Origin: Octopus sinensis
Taxonomy: Eukaryota
DNA: 64,000 nucleotides
Assembly: GCF_006345805.1 (NCBI RefSeq)
Contig: NC_043006.1
Location: forward strand, 40,796,001 to 40,860,000
Direction: 5' to 3'
Under the pieces are notes generated by a model. The model made no database searches. It worked only from the letters and a program-made list of their open reading frames with translations, and was not told the origin of the DNA. This document shows, one piece after another, positions 41,440-64,000 of this stretch (its first letter is position 1; every line of letters begins with the position of its first letter). The position numbers and the translations under genes were made by a program.

Positions 41440-43676
41440 CGGGAAGGTTTACGAAAACATAAACAAAAGACGAAGGCAAGTGGAGTACAAACAAACAATG
41501 TATTATTGAGGTCGCTCAGGAATAAAATAAAACAAGTCTTTAACGTTTCGAGCCTACGCTCTTCGACAGAAAGATACACAGAAAAGAAACAAGGAGAGAA
41601 ACAAGGAGAGAAAAAAATGCGTGTAGGAGCTAACGGTCCATCATGGCGTTCTGATTTCAGGCAGAAGTCAGAGGTCAGACGTCAGACGTCAGAGGTCAGA
41701 CGTTAGACGCTAGAGGGATAGTAGGGGAGATAACAGGGTCAAGTGACTTCGCCCCAACATGAAGGTGCGTGTGTGTATAAGAGAGTATGTATGTGCGTGT
41801 GAAAGAGGGCTGGTGGTCTGGACGTGTGTATGTGTGGGTGTGGAGATATGGGGATGGTTGTGTGGGTGGTGTGTTGTGATGTGATGTGTAATGTGGGCGG
41901 TGTGCTGTGGGTGGTGTGTTGTGATGTGATGTGTGATGTATGGTGTAGTGTAGTGTGGTGTGATGTTGTGGGGAGGTGGGGGGCGAGAGTGGGGAAAGCC
42001 CATGTGGGGTGTGGGTTCGGCTGGTGGTTGGGGTAGAGTGGGGGTTGTGGGGAGAATGAGAGGGGAGAGAAGAGAGAGGAGGGGAGAGAGGGGAGGGGAG
42101 AATGGAGATGAGGGGGAGAGGGGAGAAAGGAGATGAGGGGGAGAGGGGAGGAGGGGAGGAGAGGAGAAGGAAGGAGAGGAAGAGAGGGAGGGGGAGAGAA
42201 GGGGAGTGAGGGAGCAGAGAGAAAGAGAGAAGGGGAAGAGGGAAGAAGAAAGAAGAAAGAAGAAGAGGGAAGATGGGAAAGAAGGGAAGAGGAGGGACAG
42301 AGAGTAGGGGTGAAAAGATGAAGGACTGAAGAGAAGTAGGAGTCGGGGGGAGGTTAGATGAAAAGGCGGGGAGAGTTGAGACAAAATGGCGTAAAAAAGC
42401 GAAGAGAGATGATTAATCCCTGTTCACGGTGCAAGCGGGAATCCGGATGGCCTCTGTGCAAGAACAATCCGACACAGACAGGTGTTCCAAGGAGTGACCG
42501 GTGGAGCGGAAATGGCGTGAGACCGGTGTGTCATTGGCAAGGCGGATGTCTCGGAGGTATTCCGCGAACCGGTCAGCCAAGCGGCGTCCCGTTTGTCCGA
42601 TGTACAGGGAATGGCAGAGAGAGCAGGAGATGCAATAGATGATTTTGCTGGAGGTGCAGGTGAAGGAGTCGATGATGCGATAGTGTCGATGATGGGTGCC
42701 GGTGAGGAGGGTGGTGTTAGAGAGGTAAGGGCAAGTACGGCAACGTGGGTGGGAGCAGGGGAACGAGCCAGGTTGGGAGGTAGGGTCAGGGAAGAAGCTG
42801 TGAACCAAGAGGTCTCGTAGGTTATGGGCTCGTTTGAAGGAGGGGAGGGGTCGGTTAGGGAAGAGGTGTGAAGGACGGGCGGACTGGAGATGCCGGAAAG
42901 CTCGAAGAGGTAGGGTGGTGGGTGGTAAGTGAGGGGAAAAGGAGCGCGAGACTGCAGGCGGGTTTCGAGGGGAGAGAGCAGATCACGGTCTACGAACGTG
43001 CTCTGGCAAGGGCGGTGTGGATAGTGGTGAGGGGGTATCCACGTAGGATGAAGTGGCGAGCCATGAGTTGAGACTGAGTCTCAAAGTCATGGCCGTCACT
43101 ACAGAGCCTACGTAGACGGAGGAATTGGAATAGGGGATGGAAAGCTTGGTGTGTTTGGGGTGGGAGAGAGAGAGTAAGTGTTGAGTAAAAGGAGTGTGAA
43201 GTCTGCTGTGTTGTGAGTAAATGGTGGAGGTGGTAAGGAGTGAGTGATGATTACTGACCGAATGTCGAGGAAGGAGACAGGGTGTAGAGATATGTAGGTG
43301 AAGTAGATGGGCAGGATGGAAGGATTGAACGAAAGAGAGGAAGGAATCTAGATGTCACGGGAGAGTGAGGTGGCACCGATAATGTCGTCAATGTAACGAC
43401 CGTATAGTTCGGGAGTGGGACCATGAAACTAGAGAATATTTGGGCCTCAACATAGCCAACGAACAGATTCGCATAGTTGGGGCCCATTCGCGTTCCCATG
43501 GCCACTCCCGAGACCTGATGGTAGAACTCGCCCGCGAACGAGAAGCAGTTAGAGAAAGGACAAGTTCGGCCAGACGAATGAGTGTGGCGTGTCGGGTTCG
43601 GGGTTGGGGCGGAGTCGAGAAAGTGTTGAAGTGCCCGCAGTCTTTCGTGGTGAGGGATGACGGTATAAGAGGCTCT
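41440..43676 (-). mobile_element. Penelope-like element (Neptune-type linker), RT + GIY-YIG, cut by the gap; 3' pseudo-LTR ~41440-41620
   Basis: RT YTVIPH..QVSGVAMGTRMGPNYANLFVGYVE; linker PCSHPRCRTC; IIYCISCSLCHSLYIGQTGRRLADRF; frameshifts. Confidence 0.9.
41537..41574 (-). ncRNA. Hammerhead-like motif in the PLE pseudo-LTR (variant core)
   Basis: tcttt CTGTCGAA gagc gtag gctc GAAA cgt t aaaga. Confidence 0.45.
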
Positions 43677-43776
43677 NNNNNNNNNNNNNNNNNNNNNNNN
43701 NNNNNNNNNNNNNNNNNNNNNNNNNNNNNNNNNNNNNNNNNNNNNNNNNNNNNNNNNNNNNNNNNNNNNNNNNNNN
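43677..43776. other. Assembly gap (100 N)
   Basis: Direct observation. Confidence 1.
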
Positions 43777-44898
43777 TCACGTGTAACAGATTTTTTTTTC
43801 TTTCTTACACCGCTACTGTCCTTGCTCATGCTTCTAACTCCTACGACCGATCACAGCTCCGGATTGGCACTGTGATCCTGATGATTCATAAGGACTTCCA
43901 TATGATTTAAGCTAACCCCCATTCACCTCAGACCACATATCGCTCCTCATCTCAGTTGCACTTATCACGCGCTGTTATTATACTGCAGAGTGACTAGTCA
44001 GAGGTCAGCGCAACAACTAATGACCCAGACTGTCACCCTTGTATTTTGCTAACCCAAGAACTGCGATGTAAGCCCGAGGGCGTGTGTTAATTTCTCTGCT
44101 TACAAAACAGCAAACAGAGAAATATTGCCCAAATAGAGACTGTTATACGCCTTACCTCACCCGATGGATACGAGCCTATCCCATGTCCACTCTTATATAT
44201 GGACTAATCAGCCTGTTCTAGATTGCATTCCAAGAATCAACTAAGGATATTTCTGTCTTGTTTTTATGACACATATAACGACCCTGTTGCTTTGTAAATA
44301 CACAAATAGAGCACGTTCCATCTTTCTCATCATTGTTTGATAACATCGAGCAAAAATGCATTTGTTTTTGTTATATAGGGCTGCCAAACTACTTTATAAA
44401 TTTTTTTTTACTTCCCCTGTTGCATTCAATACTGACAAAAGACACGGTCAAGTTTGGATATATTTCTTGCTGAAATTTGAAATTCCAGAGTTATCTTCCT
44501 TTAGCAATATGTTTGTGTCAATGGGATGTAACAATTTTTTTCTTTAATGTGTGTGTGTTTTGCTGTGAGATACTCTTTTTTTCATCTCCTTTTGCTTTTT
44601 GTTTGTTTTCTATGTAGTTATGCACATTTTCAAAATTGTTCTTTGAGGTGGTAGTCATTCTGAAACAGCACATTTTGTCTTGTTTACATACAAGAAAAAA
44701 TATGCCCAATTTTTTTCACCAAAACAGGAAATGTACAAAAAAAATAACAAAAGAAAATGTCTTGTAACCCCTCTGTGCAACATGTCCACAACACAACAGA
44801 ATTATAAATCCAATTTTTAGGAAAAAAATCAACACATTTTTATCCAAACGAGAGCGATGTGTGAATACGTCTTGCCACGGTAAAATACAAATATAATG

Positions 44899-44967
<69 letters not shown>

Positions 44968-46561
44968 GCAACAAGAACAACAGACTAGCGGGTAGAAAAG
45001 TTCGTATCTTAAATATCAATTACTCGTCAAAAGTTGACCTTCACAGCTCTATGCCGTCTGTAAGTCAGGCAAATTGCATATCGCTAGAAGGCCAATTCTC
45101 CAAGTGGCAATATAAACAAGCCGACGCTAAGGAGTTTAGCAGTAGAGTGTGATAAACGAGCTATCGTCGATATACATCTAATTATAAAGGATCCTGACCC
45201 TTAAGAAGTTGTGGTGGCAATGTTTGTATTGATGGCAGTGGTGGTGGTGAAGTGGTTACGGGACTGATTCTTCAGCTTCTTATAAAAAGAAGCGTAGCTA
45301 AACAATAAAAAAGAAATCCCAGCAGGCTTTTCTGATTTATGTGATGAAAAACCAACTTTTCTAAGTGTGTTTACCTTACTCTGTAATAATTTTTAACTTA
45401 GGCACAACCCCACAGATTTCAGATGGAGGCGGGAGGTACAGTCGACAAGTACTTATTTCAAATTCAGAATACAGTGAGACATAAATACCATTCGGGTATG
45501 TACTAATTCTGCCATCCATCGGCCTTGCAACACTCTAAGATTGACAGTACCAAGTCTTCTGGTGGATCTGGTCTATGATAGAATCACTGCCAACGTCATC
45601 CTACTTTCTGTTATCTCACCATGACTACTCCAGTATCAAATGAGAAGCGAATAATTTATTAATTCAGAATGAGACTACTGGGCGCTGCTGTTTGGGCGCT
45701 GAGGATTTTGAAACTGCTGACTGGACTTTCAGCATATTTTGGTGATAGTACATTTTGGCGCTTAAAGCAAACACACATCCGTACGCGCTCGCAGAAATAT
45801 TCATATACAAATAGAAAGATTGAGAAAGTGAGAGGGACATTACAATTTATTAATTGGGTACCGTCGTAATAAGCACTTTCCCTTTCCTCATACACATGGG
45901 AAAATATGCTCAAACACATAAACAGAGAAAGGAGGAGAGAACGTGGGAAGCATTAAAAAGAAAAAAACAATAAGACGAGAGATGCCAAATAAGAAGCACC
46001 AAAACGCTGTGCCAAAACGTCTCATACTCCTTAATTACAGTTACCATATGTCTTAAAATAGTGATTCCAACGTATCACTGTTAAGTTCACCTGAACTGGG
46101 CTATTGAGAATTCAGAGTCTCGAACATGATACGGAACATTAACCATTTGGTCGAGAGACTGATATACTAATCAGAAATTAAAACAAAATCACTTGAAAGG
46201 ATGTCTCCACTCTGTTGTGCCATGAGAGGAAGTAAAAACTAATGTTTCCGGTAGGGGTATTCGTCCTACCAGAAGTAGTTGAGTATATTTCCTGGCAAAG
46301 GACTTTACACGAAACATTTAATCGATAAAATCTTCTCAACAATATCCGGGGTTTTGTACCACGTTTGAAATCAATTTTACTGAGTTTTTAGTTCTTAGAG
46401 GAATTATTGCAATTGTTGTATCTACGTGACAGCTAAGTGAACAGGGCTGCTGAAGGTTAAGTATCTTAGTGATACGTACCATAGGGGCAACACAGCATCG
46501 AACCAATAACCATTGACTGATTTTGTCCGAAGGCCTATGGATTCGGATATCTGGACTGAAA

Positions 46562-47219
46562 TGGCACTCTGTCGGTTACGACGACGAGGGTTCCATTTCG
46601 TTCGATCAATAGAACAGCCTGCTCGTGAAATTAACGTGCAAGACACTCATAAAATTTATCTCTGTAGATTTTCCATAGAAATTGTAGCCAGCGCTGTTTT
46701 TGTCACATTTCATATCCGAGACGTCAGATATAAACAAACGAGATCTTCGATCGAAGATCTCATTGGTTGTTTACATCTGAGGGCTCGGATACTAAATGTC
46801 GTTACAAAATCAGTGGTGGCTACAATTTCTATGGAAAATCTGTAGAGATGACCTTAACAAGTAATGTAATAGCACTGCTAACACAGTAGTACACGGTATT
46901 TGACTTATAAAAACGCTTCATGTACTTTGTACCATATTATGGTTGCATAACGAAATGCCGTGTGCCTACAAGGCATTAATGGTAACGTGCAAGCGGCTGA
47001 ACACTGCATAGATACGCGTACCCTTAACGTGGTTCTTAAAGAAATTCAGCGCGACAAGGCCAGCCCTTTGAAATACTGGTACAGCTCATTTTTGCTAGCT
47101 GAGGAGACTAAGATAATGGGAAATAGAGTTTTTTGCTCAAGGACACAACGTGTCGCTGGGAATCGAACACAAGACCTTACGATCTTAAGCCGAATATCCC
47201 TAACCACTAAGCCACGCCT
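46562..47219 (-). mobile_element. SINE B split by a 340-bp insertion (46643-46982) containing a 192-bp palindrome
   Basis: taacgtgcaag duplicated at 46632-46642 and 46983-46993; palindrome 46658-46849. Confidence 0.75.
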
Positions 47220-47384
47220 ACATAACCAAGCGTTTCGTTATGTTACGGCACCAGGTTCAAACCCTTCACTGAGTGTTGTAGTAAATCATGATTAATCACT
47301 CCAGTGTATTCTCTGCCGATATTTCAGTTTTTATTTGAAACATTCAACGAACTAAATTTTGATTTTGTCATTTAATATTTTCAG

Positions 47385-59448
<12,064 letters not shown>

Positions 59449-59755
59449 GACATATGTTGTTACGAAGCCTGAGACAATGGAATGTATCCATTATTTCCAC
59501 TGGGTTTGATCTAAATAACTGCCAAGAACAAAGGAGGAAAAAAAGACAGAAAATTACAGAAAAAAAAAAACGAAAATTGCAATTCATAATACACGATTCT
59601 TTCATTTTTTTTTTCTCACTCAAAAGAAAAACGGGACAAATTGGTTTATTCTACAAAGCAAAACAGAAACAAACAAAAACAAAAAATTAAAACAATGGTA
59701 AAACGGGAATCTCTTGTTATTTCCCCATGTGCGCACGATTATACATACATACTAT

Positions 59756-59798
<43 letters not shown>

Positions 59799-59891
59799 CA
59801 GACATATACACATATACATGTATAGAAGTATAAAATATGTGTATGTATATATGTACGCATGTATATATCTGTGTGTGTATATATATATTAT

Positions 59892-59941
<50 letters not shown>

Positions 59942-60081
59942 ATGCACACGCGCGCACATTGTTGCAGAAAAGGGAAGAAACGTACTCAATACATGATGTG
60001 AAGTTAGTATCTCGAATGTATCTCCAAGTTGCCTATTTAAACTCAGGTGACGTAGAATGAAGTGAACCACCAGCTGATTCA

Positions 60082-60222
<141 letters not shown>

Positions 60223-60264
60223 CTACATTTATTGGCACGCACGATTATACGTAAATATAGGCAT

Positions 60265-60297
<33 letters not shown>

Positions 60298-61059
60298 CAC
60301 ACACACACACAACACACACACACACACAACACACACACATACACACGTACGCGTAAACTACATGAAACGAAATCTGTTCAGTTGTTTCCAACAATTGACA
60401 GAAATCCAATTCTCCGATTTTTCGAAATTATTTTTCCTCATTTATCATCATTAATTATTGACAGCGATAACAACACCAACACCATCAATAATAATAATAA
60501 TATAATAATAATAATGATAATGATAACAGCAGTGATTATTCCAACATAACCTCATTCCCAGTGAAACCAACAAAACAGAACAATTAGTTTCTCCCACATT
60601 ATTTAAATTATATTGTTGTTAATTACATTTCTTAATTAATTACATCTTAATTCTATGTACACTCTACATACCCGGATATATATATTTTTATTATATATAT
60701 ATACATTTTATATTTCGGTGATGTAGAAAAAGACAGTTCTTTATTTTTTTTTTTTTCATTTTTTTTTTTCAAGAGAAGATAGAAAAATATTCTCTACGTA
60801 AATTTTTTTTTTTTTTAATTTTCGTATCATGTGTTCTATGTGTACCGAAATACGGCAAAAGAAATACTACAAAGGTGATCCCCTCTCCCATAGCCCTATC
60901 GCGGACATTAGAGACGAGAACGAAACCAAAAATTAATTAATTATCAAATAAATACCAACAAAGTAAACAAAACAGAAAGAGATTTTTAAAAATCCAAAAT
61001 GGACGAGCCGAGAACTGACTTGCCCCCTTACACTCTGACACCATTTCATGGCTTCTTAG

Positions 61060-61790
61060 ACATCTTATTACCACATGGTTCTATAGATTATGTCCTTACC
61101 TTGGCTATTTGTACACGATCTCTACCCACGGTATTAGATAGAGATCTTAAGGTTCTTTGTACAATAAGATCTTAATAAGATCATAGCATTTTATGACCTT
61201 TCTACATTATGATCTTTCTGTAGTTCGTTCTTGAGTGTATGATCTTACATTAGCTCTTTGTACAAGGCGATCTTAACCACAGTACTATATAGTACAGATA
61301 GCTTTGTACTTACTCGTAATGATCCTACCGTAGCTCTTTACAATGTATGAATTTCCCACAGTTCTATGTAAAGCTATCTCAGCACAAACTTTTGTACACT
61401 ACGGTCCGGCTGTAGTTCTTAATACGGTATGACCTTAATAACGGTCTTCGCAAAACATGATCTTAGCACTGGTATGTGTACAGCATGATCTTATCACAGT
61501 TCTTTGTACTTCATGATTTTACCGTATAGCAAGAACTTACCACAGATATTTATGGAATATGATTTTTTTAATACTGACCTTTATATTTTGTGATCTTAAT
61601 GCTTTTTACAGTATGACCTAAAAGTTCTTTGTACAATACGAGCTTAGCATATAAGCATAGAGTGTGACCTTACCATATTTATTTCTACATAATGGTCTTA
61701 CCAGAGCAGTTCTTTGCACAATATAAGTATACCACGGCGTTTTGGTTAACACAGTCTGATTTTACAAAATATCTATATGCTTCAATGTGG
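61060..61790. repeat. Degenerate 28-bp minisatellite
   Basis: Consensus ~ATGATCTTACCACAGTTCTTTGTACAGT; units start at 61319, 61347, 61375, 61401, 61429, 61457, 61485, 61513. Confidence 0.8.
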
Positions 61791-62204
61791 TATATGTAGT
61801 ACGAAATTATCACATTTTAAAGCATTTGATATCAGACTGTGATGAGGTGAATTCATCAAACCCGTGGAGACATGTGTTGTTTTTGATGTGCATTAAACTA
61901 TGATGATAACGACGACAACGACAATGACAATGATAGTACGATGGTGATGATGATGATGAGAATAAAGATAAAAATTAACGTAATTATGATAGGTAATCTA
62001 ATGAAATAAGCGTAAGAAGCATGCGCGCTCAAATACACAAGATAAATAATATATTAAAAAAAACGAAAATTATAGAGATCAAAACACGAATAAGAAAAAC
62101 TAACAGAAACATAAAAAAAGGGTAAAAAGCAAAGACTTCAGTTGTGGATGTGGATGGACTGAATGAAAGAGAAGGTTTATTTTGCGATTAATGTATATGT
62201 GAAT

Positions 62205-62551
62205 ATCGTGTATAAGTCGAGTGCCTAATTTCATGTTAAATCTTGCTACAAAATATTTTCCTTTCATAGTTTTAACACTGTCACGTGTATAGCTCGTATC
62301 GAGTTTTTTTTTTTTTTGCTGCTAAAATCAGTATAAAATAGTGTTATTTATACATGAGTAAATAGTTTCAGCTTTGCCCCGTATATAAATCGCAGCCCAG
62401 TCACTTTTTTTTTTCATAGTTAGAATCAAATAAAAAGCCCGACTTATATACACGTAAATAGTTTCAGCTTTGCTCCGTGTATTAGTTGCATCCCACTTTT
62501 CTCAGGTGAAATCAAATATAAAATAGATCGACTTATACACAAGTAACTACG
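62205..62551. mobile_element. Tc2-like MITE relic with an internal ~95-bp direct repeat
   Basis: tcgtgtataagtcga..tcgacttatacac; gtaaatagtttcagctttg occurs twice. Confidence 0.4.
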
Positions 62552-62854
62552 ATACGATGTTTCTGATAATGAGACGTTGCTTTACAATGTTTACTATCAA
62601 TGGGTATTTAATTGTCCCCTCGGTTACGATCGCTGATACTAGACCCTCACTTCCCTGACTGATCAGATTTACTTACAGATGTTCAGGCTGGGTCCTATTT
62701 GAACCAATCTAAAAGGTCCTTTAAGATCATGAGTGTTGATCTCTCTCTTTCTCTTTCCTCTAATTTAAAAAAAAAAGAAGATAACTACGGAAACAATAAA
62801 CAACGCCACAAAAATGTAATATCGCTAATTAAATAGGAAAATAGATTATAGGTA

Positions 62855-63660
62855 TGCCTTTCTGTTACATTTTATCTCTTATTTGTCATTATTAAGCATT
62901 TGAAGGCGGCGAGCTAGTAGAATCGTCCTTACGTTCTGAGTTCAAATTCAGCCGAGGTCGATTTTGCTTTTCATCCTTTCGGAGTCGATAAAATAAATAC
63001 CAGTTACGCACTGGGGTCGATGTAATCGACTTAATCCGTTTAAAGGCGGCGAGCTGGCAGAAACGTTAGCACGCCGGGCGAAATGCGTAGCCGTAGTTCG
63101 TCTACCGTTACATTCTGAGTTCAAATTTCGCCGAGGTCGACTTTGCCTTTCATCCTTTCGTGGTCGATAAATTAAGTACCAGTTACGCACTGGGGTCGAT
63201 GTAATCGACTTAATCCGTTTGTCTGTCCTTGTTTGTCCTCTCTGTGTTTAGCCCCTTGTGGGTAGTAAAGAAATAGGTATACCTTTCTCTTACATTTATC
63301 TTTTATTTGTCATTATTAAGCATTTGAAGGCGGTGAGCTAGTAGAATCGTCCTTACGTTCTGAGTTCAAACTCCGCCGAGGTCGATTTTGCTTTTCATCC
63401 TTTCGGGGGTCGATAAAATAAATACCAATTGATCACTGGGATCGATGTAACTAACTAACTTACCCCCTACCCCGAAACCGCTGGCTTGTGAAACCATTAT
63501 TAAACATCTGAAGGGTGTTAGAGCGTCGAACAAAGCCTTGTGCTATATCTTCCGGTTCCTTACACCGAGTTCAAATTCTGCCGAGTCGGAAAATAAGTAT
63601 CAGTTGAGCAGTGGGGGTGACGTAATCGACTAGCCCCCACCCCCAAACGCTTGAGGCCTT
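62855..63660 (+). mobile_element. SINE C cluster with duplicated unique flank
   Basis: 62855-63005 repeated at ~63280-63430, with a full SINE C between them. Confidence 0.8.
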
Positions 63661-64000
63661 GTGCCAAAATTTGAAATAATTTATGTTACATTCCTGGCAA
63701 ATAAACTCTTCAAAGAAATCTCTAGCTGAAGTTGGAGATTTTATGATTATAAAATGAGCTTCCTTTCCAACAAGATTATAAAGAAATCATTGCAAATGGG
63801 AGATATCGATCATGACTAAAATTATGGCTTATTGAGAGCCTTGAAATTTTAAATGAACACTAAGGCTTCAGCTATATGTTCTTAATGTAGCATTTCAAGC
63901 TATACTCAAAAGTAGGACGGGATGGGGTTCGCAGCATAAAGCAATGACGAAGACCGCCGCTGTTCTATATCAACAATTGGCTAGAAACCCCTGGATGCCA

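Noticed and set aside
61060-61790. CRISPR-like interpretation of the 28-bp periodicity
   Set aside because: Units are contiguous with no unique spacers, there are no cas genes, and the context is eukaryotic.

Overview
AT-rich, microsatellite-dense animal genomic DNA. The SINE repertoire looks like Octopus/coleoid cephalopod; this is my recognition, not a database result. There is one 100-N assembly gap at 43677-43776. One host gene is supportable: six + strand exons (47385-59448) that splice in frame into an intact FGFR/RET/Cad96Ca-like tyrosine kinase domain plus C-terminal tail. Its upstream exons could not be identified. The rest is mobile DNA: three or more modular tRNA-derived SINE families, a Penelope-like element (RT + GIY-YIG), R4/Dong-type RLE retrotransposons chained inside (TAA)n arrays, an RTE relic, mariner/Tc1/Tc2/hAT relics and MITEs, and Helentron-like (HINE) elements. 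Most notable observations: (i) small elements that join a tRNA-like Pol III head to a downstream minimal hammerhead-like motif and have Penelope-style inverted tails; (ii) a fold-back duplication preserving an empty and a Dong-filled copy of the same (TAA)n site; (iii) a highly degenerate but phase-conserved 28-bp array downstream of the kinase gene. Repeat boundaries are read by eye and are approximate unless TIRs or TSDs are quoted.
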